Assembly: GCA_964016885.1 (NCBI GenBank)
Contig: OZ024740.1
Coordinates: 242,544,001-242,608,000 of the forward strand
Length of the DNA: 64,000 nucleotides
DNA from: Eledone cirrhosa
Lineage: Eukaryota
Reading direction: 5' to 3'
Of the stretch, positions 26,343-39,652 are shown in pieces; position 1 is the stretch's first letter, and every line of letters begins with the position of its first letter. Position numbers and translations under genes: made by a program. The notes below the pieces were generated by a model, which did no database searches, was not told the origin of the DNA, and was given only the letters and a program-made list of their open reading frames with translations.

Positions 26343-27764
26343 TATCAATTCACCCCATAAATTATGTTCAGAATATTATATATGTAATTTCTATCAAATT
26401 TTACAGTATTCCAAAATTCAAATGGTATTGATTGATATGTCTATGTATTTGAAACCTTTAACTTAATATAATTGTTTCTACTTTTGACACAAGGCCAGCA
26501 ATTACCCAGTACATTACTGGTACTTTATTTTATCGACCCTGCAAGGATGAAAGGCAAAGTTAACCTTGCCGGGATTTGAACTCTCTGTATCTCTCAGCTA
26601 TGTTGTGCTGTTAGAAGGGTTATTGGGGACCACTTTAACTTAATATAATGTTGTTTTAACAGAATCATCTGACTGAATTAATTATTAATATTAACCCTCA
26701 AAGATGGATGTGTTGAAGGAGCATTTAAGGCACACAATGCTTTATGAGTTCAAAAAGGGAAACAGAAGCAACCAGAAATATCCATTCTGTTTATGGGGAA
26801 GATTGCTTGAATGAAAGAAGTTGCGGGAGATGGCTTACCAAGTTTAAAAATGGTGATTTTAGCCTAAGAGATGAGCCACGTATAGGAGTCCTGTTGAATT
26901 TAATGATGAGCTTCTTTTGTCAGAACTTGAGAAGAATAATGCTGTGACAGTTGAAGAATTGGCAAACAAGCTCAATTCAAGCCATTCAACTGTTCACCAG
27001 CATCTTCAATAGCTTGGAAAGATTTTCAAACTCGAAAAATGAGTTACCCATGATTTGACAGAAGCTAACCAAGAATCATGAGTAGAAATCTGCTCCTCTC
27101 TTCACTTTCGTGAACTTATCTCACCCTTTCTAGACAGATTGGTGACTGGTGATGAAAAATGGATCTTTTATGAAAATCCTAAGTGAAGCAGACTATGGCT
27201 TAGTAGTGCAAAACAGGGTTAAACCACAACCCAAAAGGGATCTTTATGAAAAAAAGGTCCTTCTTTCTGTTTGGTGGGATTGCATTGGAACCATCTACTT
27301 TGAGCTGCTACCAACTAATGCACCACTTATTGCTCAAACCTATTGCCAACAACTAGAGCATTTGGATGCTGCTTTGAAGAAAAAAACGGCCTGCTTTGGT
27401 GAATCGTAAGGGAGTGGTGCTTCATCATGATAATGCAAAGATTACATAAGAAAAAATCGAACATCTTGGCTGGGAAAAAATCCCTGACCTACCTTATTCG
27501 TTGAACCTTGTTCTTTCTGATTACAGAATCATTTAGATGGACTTGTACTCAAAAACCCCAAAGAGGAGGAAACTGACCTCTCTTCCTTCTCATCAAAACC
27601 AAAAGGATTTTTCATCAATGGAATTAAAGAACTGATGAGTAGATGGAGGGAAGTCCTTGATAATGATGGGAATTATATAGAGGACTAATTTTTAATAAAA
27701 TGTGAAATTTGATGACTTGTTTTTCTTACCCAAATTTCAGACACTACTTATGGGATGATCTAAT
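26343..27764 (+). mobile_element. Decayed mariner (Mos1-like) DNA transposon
   Basis: From about 26704: KEHLRHTMLYEFKKG, W..KFKNGDFSLRDEPR.G, LVTGDEKWIFYEN, KVLLSVWWD, HHDNA, PYS.NL..SDY, with many stops and frameshifts. Degenerate TIR-like ends (..CCCCATAA.. / ..TTATGGGATGATCTAATA). Confidence 0.88.
26473..26583 (-). mobile_element. Meta-domain-like SINE fragment upstream of the mariner ORF
   Basis: Reverse complement of the SINE body seen at 15160-15270. Confidence 0.85.
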
Positions 27765-28596
27765 ATGTAATCCCTCATTGAATTTAATATTGATGTATGT
27801 GGCCTACTATGCCCCATATCACCATTCATCTTGATCCTTAGAGCTTTTCAACACCTTTTCCTATGTTTTCTTTGTTTTTCATATTTTTTAATACCAGATC
27901 ATCTGCAACTGAGTAGATATCACCATTTTATTGCTTTGCTTTTTCAACCAATACTCATTGTACTTTCTTATGGTGCTCGCCAACAGATAATAGAGGTTTT
28001 TACGTAGTCAGTCAATCTGCTAGAAATAACAGCCAAACTTCACTCAAAGCATATGTTACTCATCTTTAAAAGAATAAAAAGAATTAAATTGTTCTAAATA
28101 CACTGTCTAACAAAGATTATGAGTCTACTCTCTTGAAACAACAATATAGTTTCCTAAATATATTTCACCCATTTCTCAATGTATTTAAATATATATTCCC
28201 ACTAACTACCCCAACACTAATTAGGTCATCTAATTCTGTTGCCTAATTATGTCACAAACAATTTGTTTCATCTGTCTATTAATGTACAAGTTAAAATTAA
28301 GCAATGAGAGGAAATAAAACTGTTTGTTTTTAGTATAAAATGGTGCATTCTGAAGACAGAAATAACAAATAAATTATGTATTGTCACTGTGTGGGTGACA
28401 ATATAGACATGTAGTATGTTAATGGAACTTGAATTATAATATAAATATATAGGTAGTAATATGTGATTGGTAACAGGAAAAAATTACAGAGATCCCATCA
28501 CTAAAAAAGGTAATTATGTATGCATCAACATATTTCATCTTTAGGTTTTCCATTGTAAGCTGAATATGTAATGAATACATATTTATATATATAAAT

Positions 28597-29820
28597 ATCA
28601 TCATAATCATCATAACTGCTTAACATCCATTTTTCCATGCTAGCATGGGTTAGATGAGTTGTACTGTTGTGAAATAAGCCACATCAGATGACCATGTCTT
28701 GCTTATACAGAACTGATTTTGGTTTGATTTCTATGGCTGGATGCCTTTCCTAATGCCAACCACATTTGCAGTATGTACTGGGTGCTTTTTGTTGTGACAC
28801 CTACATGACCATTTTACAGTGTGGGCTGGGTGCTTTTTGTTATGACACCTACATGACCTCTTTACAGTATGTATTGGGTGCTTTTAGTTGTGACACTTAC
28901 AGGACTACTTTACAGTGTGGGCTGAGTTCTTTTTGTTATAACACCTACATAACCACTTTACAGTGTGGGCTGGATGCTTTTTGTCGTGACACCTACATGA
29001 CCACCTTACTGTTTGTGTTGGGTGCTTATTGTTGTGACACCTAGATGACCAGCTTACAGTGTGGACTGGGTGCTTTTGTTGTAACACCTACGTGACCACT
29101 TTAGAGCGTGGGTTGGGTGCTTATTGTCGTAACACCTACATGATCACCTTACAGTGTGGGCTGGGTGCTTTTTGTTGTGACATGTACATGGCCACTTTAC
29201 AGTGTGGGCTTGGCACTTTTTGTCGTGACACCTACACGACCACTTTACAGTGTGCGCTGCATGCTTTTTTGTTGTGTCGCCATAATGACCACTTTTCAGT
29301 GTGGACTTGGAACTTTGGTAGGGGAGGTGTGTGGGGATTGGGGAGGTGGGTATAGGGGCATGTGTGAGGGGCAGAGTGTTAAGACATGGGTGGGGTTTTA
29401 GGAGGTGGGAGGTGTATGGAAGGGGGATGGAGATTAAGGTGATGCATACTAACTGTATGCTGCAGCCTTTGATTATGGGAAGGCAGGTCTTCTGTATTAC
29501 TGGATAACAGCACAGATTTTGGTCTTATGTCATTGCTTTTGAGAGGTGCAGTTGTGCAAGGTCAGCTTTTATATTATAGCTTCCATCAACTTCAGATGCT
29601 CTGCACCTTTTTATACAGCTGTCATCCTTCATATGCGTCACATGTCCATACCAATGCAATTTCCTATCCTGCACACTGCATCTGATCCCTCTTAAGCCCA
29701 GTTTTTCTCTTAGTTCATTTATGATTTACCGTTCATGTATATTACTACTACACATCCATTGAAGCATGCAAGCTTCATTTCTTTTCAATCTTCGCAGGTC
29801 CTCTGCACATAGTGCCCAAG
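28597..29820 (-). mobile_element. RTE LINE 3' part with expanded internal minisatellite
   Basis: Matches the ORF end (RNEACMLQWMCSSN..WYGHV) and the 3' UTR of the 1-2549 family. Confidence 0.88.
28765..29310. repeat. 48-bp minisatellite, about 11 copies
   Basis: Unit TTTACAGTGTGGGCTGGGTGCTTTTTGTTGTGACACCTACATGACCAC starts at about 28765, 28813, 28861, 28909, 28957 ... 29243. Confidence 0.93.
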
Positions 29821-29846
29821 AAAGTCAGTTATAAAAATATATATAT

Positions 29847-29895
<49 letters not shown>

Positions 29896-29964
29896 GTATA
29901 TATATATATACATATGTATATATATATACATATATAAATATATATACATATATATACATATGCA

Positions 29965-31390
29965 GTGATGAATTTGTTTTGCAAAGTTTTTGATATGAAA
30001 TCGTGTGTCGAAACAAATATTGTTATACTTGGAGAGGGTCATATTGTTGTAATATTGCCAGAAATAATAATACAACACACTCACTGTTTGGTTGGTTTTG
30101 CTTCTGTATCTTTTATATTTCCCTTAAGTCAGTATTGTTTGTTTGGGTATGGTTGTTGTTGTTATTCTATTCATTTTTTCTGTTTAACTTTGGTCTTCTT
30201 AGTTCTATCTCAGTTGCTTCTCTGATTTGCCTACCTGTTGAGTCATTTCTATGCTTAGATATTATTTTAATTTCTATGTTGTCTATATTACCGTCATGTC
30301 TTTGTCTGGCGTGTTCATATAGTACTGAACCGTTTTTTTGTCTTTCTAGTTCCCCCCAGTGTTGGTCTATACTTTCTATGCTTCGAGGTGGCTCACCTAT
30401 GTATGCCGTTGTCATGTTTCTGCAAGTACCCTCTGTACATCTCATGCTATAGATTACATTTCTAGTTTTACAGTTTATCTGGGGGTTCATTTTACATATA
30501 ACATATTTCTTATTTGTACAGTGGGTTTTATTAAAGGGTTATGTTTTGCTGATCAGGGATTTTATGGTAGTTCCTGGCTTTTCTACCACTTTAATCTTTA
30601 GATGGGTCTTTCTTAGGGCCTTTCTACATTGCTTAGCTAATTTCCCTCCAGGGGTAGCATCCACGAACATGACACTCTGGTATCTCTGGTTGTCGTACCA
30701 TGAAGTGGTTTTCCCTATCTTATGTTTAGTCCTATCAAAGCTATTCATGATTTGCTCCTGTATAATGGGCAGATTCCTTTCATGTCCATTTCTATGAGGG
30801 TCTTATATTTCTCCGTGGCTCCTTTGTATACTCTGATTCTGTCTCTTTGGTTGTAGCCAGAGAACTGTATGCGATTGATGAAGTGTTGGATGTGTCTTTC
30901 CATTTCAGTTGGGTCGCACATGCAGAATGCATTCTGCATCACTCTTACCAAGTCTGCGATCAGAATATTAAGCTTAGCATTATTGGACATTGCTCAGTTT
31001 TTGAATATCAGGTATTTGGAGGCCATGGGTTTGGCATAGTGTGAGTGGAGAATTTGGGCCCTCTAGTCTATAGTGTTAATCCAGAGTTCCGTGTCTTATA
31101 CTGGTAGTCTATTGTTAGGGTGTTTGGAAGGGTAGTCAACAGTTATAGTTATACTCTGGTGTATGGAGTTAGCTATCTGCTGGATGCACTCCATTGTGCT
31201 ATTTTCTAATTCATGTTTATTAGTACTCTCTTGTGGGGGTGTTCTTATTACTATATTCATATCATCTACGTAACGAGAGTACATGACGAGGTATATGGAG
31301 TTCTCTTCAAGGAATTCTCTAAGTCTCCTCTCCCACTATACCATAAATAGATTGGCAACATCGCCAGTTATGCTGATGCCAATGGCTGCA
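29965..31390 (-). mobile_element. Penelope-like element, 5'-truncated and disrupted (RT, GIY-YIG, 3' UTR)
   Basis: AIGISITGDVANLFM, YSRYVDD, RLPV.D, and the GIY-YIG NCKTRNVIYSMRC..C...AYIGE...HW....SVLYEH...RQIREATEI...PKLN. Confidence 0.92.
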
Positions 31391-31915
31391 TTATATGTTA
31401 AAATAAACCCCCAGATAAATTGTAAAACTATAAATGTAGTCTATAGCATAAGATGTACAGAGGGTATTTGCAGAAACATGACAACGACATACATAGGCGA
31501 GACAGCTTGAAGCATAGGAGAAAGAATAGACCAACACTGGGGGGAACTAAAAGGACAAAAAAACGGTTCAGTACTATATGAACACGCCAGACAAAGACAT
31601 GATGGTAATATAGACAACATAGAAATTAAAATAATATCTAAGCATAGAAATGACGCTACTGATAGGCAAATCAGAGAAGCAACTGAGATAGAACTAAGAC
31701 CAAAGTTAAAAGCAAAATCGTTGAACCCCAATATATAATGGAAAATAGAAAATAGAAAATTTGATTCAAGACAGCCTGATAATATGGTGTTATAGTTATA
31801 TCGATTGTAAACGGTCCCCAAATGACATTCGATGCCAGCTTTGTGGCTGGTAGGTGCGGTGGATGGGGTACAGGTGGCCAAGTGGTGACATAGATACATC
31901 TGTCTTAGAGAATGT
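31391..31915 (+). mobile_element. Inverted duplicate of the PLE GIY-YIG region (inverted pLTR-like) plus downstream sequence
   Basis: 31391-31711 is the reverse complement of about 30185-30500; the right boundary is uncertain. Confidence 0.85.
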
Positions 31916-32909
31916 CACTCCTTAATTATAGTTGGGTTTACACTGTTGTAAAGATCAAAAGATATTAAGTTATTGATTGTCTTTCAGACACATCAGTCTA
32001 CCATGGCAGTATTTAAACGGGAGCAGAGCTATGTAAAGTTTAAAGATAGAAAATATGATAATAATATTGCCTAGAAAAAAATAGTGGGTGTAACAATTAT
32101 AATAGAAAGTGCAAGCTTGCATTAATAATAATAATTATAAGATTAACGAATTATCGAAAACAATAATGTTTACTAGAACCTGTTAAATAAAGACAGTTAT
32201 TTTTTAAATTTCTAATAAACTGTATTTATGAAAGTACATTAAAAGGTTGCCAAGCTATTTTGTGCACATATCTGTGCACTTGTGCTAAGGGCTAGAATTG
32301 GTGTGGTTTTTAACTGACCCAGTAATCCAGTATATCATTGTAAAGTCCAAAGTAAATAGGGTACTAGTGACTGGGTATAATCAAAAAGTGAAAAGAGGGG
32401 AAAACTAGTCAATTTCAAGCACTCTAGGTCATAGCCAAAATTAGTCTGAACAATATGTTACTCAAAGAACCACACGTTACCTGTGAATGGATTAACACAG
32501 CTTACCAATGGCCACATATCAACGAAAATCTTATGATGATAAATATATAGGTAGCATATTACATATTCTTGGTTGCCTCCATAGTGCTATAAATTATAGG
32601 AGAGAGGTTGCACATAGTCAAACTTAGGTAGAAAAAGTATGTGTATAGTTGAAGCTATTCCTGACGTTTAAGTTAAATTAAATTAAAACAGCAAATTTCA
32701 TTGAATCTAGGTGTCACCGAATATTATATAATATTATATTATATATGTAATGTACTATGCAGTGTAGTACGCTATAATATATGCAATCACAAAAGCCTTC
32801 CAAACAAAAAAGCCTTCCTTGACAAGGAATACAACCCAAACAAAACAGATCTCATAACAGCATTGAATGCCTTGCACAGCATGTTGCTTGTAACTGTAGT
32901 TACACACCT

Positions 32910-32981
<72 letters not shown>

Positions 32982-33474
32982 CACACACATAAGCATGAAT
33001 ATATATATATACATCTTTCACTCAATATCAAATTCTCTTATTTCAGTCAGTCTCTCTTCCTCACTCATTCTCTTTCTTTCACCCCCTTTCTTTCTCCCCC
33101 CTCCCTTCTTGTTCTCACTCACACTTTCTATACCTTAAAATAAATTTGCAGCTTTGTAATTTTTTTGCCAGTTAAATACCTGTTACATAGTGAGTTTCAT
33201 ATTTTTTGATTTAAAGAGAAAATAAGAAGAGAAAGAGAAGGGAAGAGAATAAAGACTCCCCAAATTAGATAATCAGACACTGTAATTAGACTAAAATTGA
33301 TTTTTCCTTTAATGAAAAAGCAATTCATTCTAAAATGTTTCACCAATTACAGTCAGTACAGAAATAATCATCTACTTTTCAATTTGCATTACACATACAT
33401 ATGGCAGTACACAGACACACACACACACAGAAATATACATAATATATATAATATATATATATATATACATAAGA

Positions 33475-33627
33475 TGTAGATTCCCAAGTTATGTGTGAGT
33501 GTGTGTTGAAGTGGTGGTGGTGGTGGTGGGGTGAGTGGGGGAGTAACCACGGTAAAAAAAGGTACTCAATACATTGGTAGAGTATAGGCATCTTTATTGC
33601 TGATGATTTCAAATAAATGAAACAGTT
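33475..33627. mobile_element. Rearranged copy of the small hammerhead-bearing family (cf. 45213, 54421)
   Basis: GGTACTCAATACATT..TAGAG (family tail, minus strand) is joined to plus-strand CTGATGA-TTTCAAATAAAT-GAAA-CAGTT at 33600-33627, truncated at the LINE junction. Confidence 0.65.
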
Positions 33628-34416
33628 CAGCAACTATTCCTGAAGGACCAGCTGCCCTGCCTGACTTCATATCTTTCATTGCCTTACTTACCATACTACC
33701 GCTAACTTGTACAGCTGGTCCCTCTGTTGGGATGACATGTGTGAGACTGTCTTTATCCCATGCATTCTCCTCATTCAGAAATATTTCATAGTGCCACTTC
33801 CATGCTACCTTCTTTTCAATATCAGTGAGGGCAAGTTCGCCAAAGTAATTTCTGACACAATTCTCTCCACTGACATCAAAATTATTTCTGACACACTGTC
33901 TAGCGATCCTGAACACCTCACATCTTTGATCTTCACACTGCAAAACATGCTTAAATTTTTCATTTTCTGTTTCCCTTCTAGCGAGATAAACTTGTCGCCT
34001 AGGCTTCTCTCCTAGCCTTCTGGTAAACTTCCCTGTTACCCCCATTACACCAAACTTTCCAAGCCTGTCTTTTGACCTTAATTTTCTCATCTACTTTACT
34101 ATTCCACCACCAAGTCACTCTGCATCTCCCAATGGACCTATTCTAACCACAGATTTCGTCAGTAGGTTATCTTTCAGTAACTCCCACTGCTCCTCTATAT
34201 CATAAGTCTCTATTTGCTTTTCCTTGCTGCCTAAGGCATCAGACAACATAGTTCTCAATTTCTCACTGTTTGATGGGTCTTTTAACTTCCATACTCGTCT
34301 CCTCCAGGTATTCTTCTGCTGTCGAGTTCTGCTAGCCCTGAATATAAGGTCACTAACTACTAGTTTATGTTGGGAGGTGCATTCTTCACTGGGGAGGGAC
34401 TTTGTGTTCCTAACAG

Positions 34417-34420
<4 letters not shown>
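33627..34420 (-). mobile_element. RTE LINE internal fragment (APE end to pre-RT)
   Basis: KSLPSEECTSQHKLVVSDL, EVFRIARQCV, DMKSGRAAGPSGIVAE. Confidence 0.9.
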
Positions 34421-34495
<75 letters not shown>

Positions 34496-34508
34496 ATATA
34501 TATATATA

Positions 34509-35775
34509 CAGGGTGTGGACGGTATTTGTTCGCAATTTTCAACTGCTAATTTTATGCAAAATTTTTTTACTTCCGTTGTCACTCTTGTCTTCATAAAAAC
34601 ACTGACTATATTTCCATTAATTATTTTCAGAATAATTGATTATGAATAATTTTGAACCTCCAAATTTGTGGAAGAGACACGGAGTTCTTCTTGGAATCCG
34701 CGCTAGGAGGACAAATAAGGAAATTTCAGACTTTCTCAGCATCAGCAGGAGAATGGTGGAAAAGGTCAGAAAGGAATTGGAATATTCAGGATTCGACTAC
34801 GAAGCAACATCAGAGAGGAAATCACATGATCGACGATCTGACGCCTTCAGAACGCTTGAGTTCATCGCTGAAGTTCAGGATATCATCAACAATGAACCTA
34901 GCAAGTCGATGCATGCCATTGCAAGGGAGAAAGGCATGGATGAAAAGCTCATTAGGCTGGTGGTACATGAAGACATTTGCTATGTTTCATACAAGATGAG
35001 GAAAGGACAATTTCTGTCAAAGGCGATGCAAGAAAAGCGACTGAAGCACGCAAAGAAGCTGATCAACAAGTTGAAACATCCACTGGAGACAGACATGCTG
35101 TGGATAAACTCCCAGAACAACAGGTGGCTCGCTGTCTCATCCAAAGACATGCCCAGAGTCATGCAGACAAAGTTTCCAGGGACAACATCTGTCTTAGGTG
35201 TTGTCAGCAGTCAAGGTGACGTCATGCCACCTCACTTCTTCCCTGAGGGCCTCAAGCTGAACACCGATGGCTACACCCACGTTCTGGGCAAAGTAGTAAA
35301 GCGCTGGATCGACCAGGTAGCTGCAGGTAGGCTGTATGTGTGGCAGCAAGACTCAGCGCCCTGCCATACCAGCCGAAAGACCCAAGCCTGGCTGTTAGAG
35401 AACTTTGTCGACCACACTTCACCTGATATCTCCCTCCCAGCTCGCCTGACTGCAATCCCCTCGACTTCTTTGTGTGGGGCACATTGGAACGAGACACCAA
35501 CAGATCTAGTTGCAATACGGAAGACAATCTGAAGGCCAGGATCACAAGTGCCTTTTGGGGCCTAAGTCGGGGGTCAGTGACGAAGGCCTGTAGCCAGTTT
35601 CGAGGCCACCTTGAGGCCGTCATCAAAGCCAATGGCGGGTTTATCAAGTGAGATCGAAAGAACAAGTCATGAAGACAAACTGACCCAAGTTTGATAAATA
35701 TATCTTAAAAAATAAAACTACTGTGTTATTTTTTCCTAGACAGTAATCTTGTGAACAAATATCGTCCACACCCTG
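34509..35775 (+). mobile_element. maT-type (DD37D) Tc1/mariner transposon, non-functional
   Basis: TIRs CAGGGTGTGGACGGTATTTGTTCGCAA / TTGTGAACAAATATCGTCCACACCCTG flanked by TA. ORF 34636-35532 has WQQDSAPCH. An in-frame deletion removes FFSDEK (first catalytic D), and there is a frameshift before SPDCNPLD. Confidence 0.93.
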
Positions 35776-35843
35776 TATATATATATATATATATATGTCT
35801 AACCCATGCTAGCGTGGAAGATAGACGTTAAACGATGATGATG

Positions 35844-35918
<75 letters not shown>

Positions 35919-36157
35919 TGTAATAAACAACATAAGGGAATTATTCCATATACCAGTGGTTTCTTAAAAGCAAAAAATTTTGCTTCCAATCCTCAGAATG
36001 AAAAAATCCTGGTCTGTTTATTGAATTTGGATTTTAAAAACAAAAATGCAATCTATATGAAAGTGAGGCTGGAGAAAGAAGAAGGAAAGGAAAAATAAAA
36101 TAAAACCACACATGCAAACACACACACAAAAACACACACACATTATTATATATATAT

Positions 36158-36750
36158 AGTTGGTGCTACTGGTAACATGTATCCCAGTACAAACTGTCTC
36201 ATGGTCGGGTCGTTGGCGACTAAACTGGCAACCCCACCAAGGTTTCTTCGTGAGGAGGGTGACTTTGGACATCCTGCAGGACTAAAAACAAAACCTGTCA
36301 AAGGAGCTCTTAAGAGTCAATGGCTATCCAAAATCACCGGGAGAGATGACCCCTTAGCCTTTGTCAAGGCAGAATTCTAGGAGAAGGAAAACTCTGATAT
36401 AACACCTGCAACTCTGATGGTATCCAATGATGTTGACTTGTTCTTCTTTTTGGTAAATATCATCTAGGTTAAGAGAGTGGGACTGGCTTTGTGCAGTGCC
36501 TTTGCTCACTATAAAAGCTTCACGGCACAGGCATTGCTTTATATCTGGAGATCTCTCTGCACTTGTCGTCACATGGTACCATGGGCCCAGCACTATGTGT
36601 CAATAATTGTCACAAGTGTAGTGTTTGTACCAGAGTTTTCAAGTTGCTGGCTGGACTAAAAAGTCACACTCGTTCAGCGCATCGGTAGAGGTTCTCCTAC
36701 ATGGATATAAAGTAGTGGCCGTACTCGAAAACGAGTTGGCAGCCACCATA
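36158..36750 (+). mobile_element. Non-coding interspersed repeat resembling an RTE 5' UTR, inserted in (TA)n
   Basis: Homologous to 55220-55780 (CCCAGTACAA.CTGTCTCATGGTC.GGTCGTTGGC.ACTAAACTGGCAACCCCACCAAG; CTAGGAGAAGG). Confidence 0.65.
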
Positions 36751-36910
36751 TATATACATACATATATCTATATATAATAAAGTTATATATATATATATAT
36801 GAATATATATATATATATTTATTTATATATATATACACATGCTCAAACACACAGACACATTTGCCTGTCTCTCTGTCTTTCTCTTCCCACACACACTTTA
36901 TCCTGCTGTG

Positions 36911-36941
<31 letters not shown>

Positions 36942-36945
<4 letters not shown>

Positions 36946-37225
36946 TGATTATTGTTTCACATTCCTTCCATGCCTTCATTAGTTGGATGAGCTTTCTCCA
37001 GCATAGTCTCCCTTCACTTGTTGTGTGTTTTGTGATCTTTTCCATGAGGTTCAGCAATTTGAAATCAGCTGTCACCACTTTAGCACATGTTTTCCTTGAT
37101 ACTCCACTGGCGCAGCTTCCTTCCACTGAGATCACTCTGCATTTATTCACCTAATGATCATCATCTATATGCATTAGGTGTCCATACCAGCACAATCTTC
37201 TTTCCTGCATACAACAACTGATTCA
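36942..37225 (-). mobile_element. RTE LINE 3' fragment
   Basis: KCRVISVEG...RKT.AKVV.AD; homologous to 15335-15645. Confidence 0.8.
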
Positions 37226-37436
37226 TTTTTTTAATCTATCATCACAGAAGAAATGTTAATATGATAGTAGTAAAGCAATATCTTAGTAATCAATTGATAC
37301 TATTTTACAATTCACTGACTGAATTTTGGCATGGTTGTTTTAACCTTTATTCTATCTTTTTCCAAAGTTTACATTGAATATTCAGTACAAAAACTAAATT
37401 ATATCTAGTGTGTTCAGCTTTAGAATTAGTAACATA

Positions 37437-37724
37437 CAGTGTAACCTCAGTTCATGAACACCTCTCATAATGAACGATTTTTCTGAACATAAAACGTCGC
37501 AGTTCACGAACTGTCTCAAGTAATGAACACGCAAGCTGGCAACAAGCTTGGAGTATCGGCAGGAAAGTGTCACATGCTGTGTAGTTAGTTACTATGGTGA
37601 TATCTATCTGTCACTGAATTTCTCTCTCAACATTTCACATGGGAAAAATAGTTTCAGTTTACTACATTTCAGGTGACAAATGGGCTTCAGGAATGAATTA
37701 AATTTGTGAACCAAGGTTCCACTG
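37437..37724. mobile_element. Tigger/pogo-like MITE
   Basis: TA-CAGTGTAACCTCAGTTCATGAA ... TTTGTGAACCAAGGTTCCACTG-TA imperfect TIRs. Confidence 0.75.
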
Positions 37725-39184
37725 TATTTTACAATTGATTAATTAAGTAACATGCTTCTTCTGGAACCAAACCTGGCTCAAGCTAAATAACATTCTGGTC
37801 CCCATTTTTTTCCAAGCAGTTGAATACTTAGTATGAGAATATGAGAACAATCACTGAACAAACAATATAGTTGGATATTTTAACTGTCCATGAATATAAA
37901 ATCTAAAAAGAGATTTTAGTGTCATGGAAGATAGAATAATCTCTAGCTCACTCAGCTGGCTTGTTTTAAAATGATGTTATAAAAAAAAAGAAATCATTAT
38001 AATATAAGTTAAGTTCAACTGTGTCAATGAGATTTAATAATACATTTTATATTAAAGCTGTGCATTTGAGTGAAATTTGCTACTAAGAGTATATAGGGTT
38101 GTTTCTCACCAGGTCAATTCTGATTGAGCAGAACTACAGTCAAAGACACTCTAATTGTAACTATCTCATCTATTTTGCAGACATAAAATAATTAAGACTT
38201 CATTAGCCAATGTCTTCATTTTTTAAAAAAGACAGTAGAATGTGGTTTGAGTGAGGGTTAGCGATTTCTAGAGATTGACACATTGGTTGGGCTAGCATTT
38301 GTAGTTTCTAAAGGTTAATTACACACCCTATGGTACCTATTTAGTGTTATGAGGAGTTGACCTTTGAGAGTTAAGTATCTTGACAACACATATAATGCAT
38401 TATAAGTTGCAAAAATTGTCTTTTTAGACAATTGTTTAATACTTCCTATTAACTTGGCCATCCATCATCACATTTTAAATATATATATCAATAATATCTG
38501 ACATACAAGTTTCTTTGATGAGTCATATGTACTGAGATTAAAATCCTATGCTGAAAGTGATTGGATATTCGATGTAATTTGATCCATTTTAGGTTTTCAG
38601 ACTCCCCCCCCCCCCACTGCCCATAAATATCTGACAAAACCATTATTGATTGTACATCTTAATAGTTAATATTTTATATGTCTAGACTATCTAGCAGTAT
38701 ACAAAATTTGGTCAATATAAATATCAATGGAAGAGTAGTGGTATGGTGTGCCGAGACAGAGTACTGGGATAAATTATGCACATCATCGAATTTTGTCCCA
38801 CTACATTCTGAGTTTAGTAGCTATAACCAGTGTCATCTTTGTTTCAATAATATCTTGAGTGGTAGATTGGCAGAATGATGATAATGATATATATAATATA
38901 TATATATTATCATCATTTTACATCCAATATCCCCACTGGCATAGATTGGATGGATTATCATGATCAAAGACTAGGTGGGCTGGAACAATCTCATTTTGCT
39001 TATATGTTCCCTATTTGGCATGGTTTCCATGGCTGCGTGCATTTTATCGTGACACCCCCATTTGCATGCTAAATTACCCACTAGACTCATTGTTAGCTCT
39101 AATGTTGCTAACTACACCTTTGTATATGACTTGTACTGCCCTCAAAAGCCACTAATCTACTAGTTTCCTAAGAGTCCACCAGAG

Positions 39185-39592
39185 CCCTGGGGACAATGAA
39201 AAAGATCAGATGGCACCACCTCATTTCAAACAAAGTGTTGCATGCTTGCATGCATCAGCCCACAGCTTCCCATCTCATAGCTATCTGCCACATGTGCTGG
39301 TATGGACATGTCCTCTGCTTTCCACCAGATCATTCTACCAGGGCTTTACTCTTGTTCAGCAGCCTCAGGTTGGAAGAGGCCATATGGCAGGCCCCACACC
39401 AGATGGCTAGATGTCATCAGGGAAGATCTCTGGAGGTTCGACATCACCTTGGAGAATGCTGAGAAGCTTATATGGGACCGATAGCGATGGAGGGTGTTGG
39501 TGGACATGGTCAGCTCTATGCACGATGAAGGTTCTTGGATCGCTGGCTTAGGATGACCATGGCCTAGTTGAGCAAAAGCAAGAAGAAGAGAA

Positions 39593-39595
<3 letters not shown>
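39185..39595 (+). mobile_element. 3' fragment of a different RTE-like LINE
   Basis: IRWHHLISN..L...WYGHVL and WKRPYGRPHTRWLDVIREDL...DR..WR; (AAG)n-like tail. Confidence 0.8.

Positions 39596-39652
<57 letters not shown>

Noticed and set aside
28766-29401. Cys-rich 16-aa repeat ORFs or a CRISPR-like array
   Set aside because: Head-to-tail 48-bp units with no unique spacers, inside a LINE 3' UTR; the frame stays open because 48 is divisible by 3.
36180-36232. Canonical HDV-like ribozyme
   Set aside because: P2/P4-like pairing is present, but there is no room for the P1 3' strand and no CC in L3 for P1.1; kept only as a weak structured-RNA finding.
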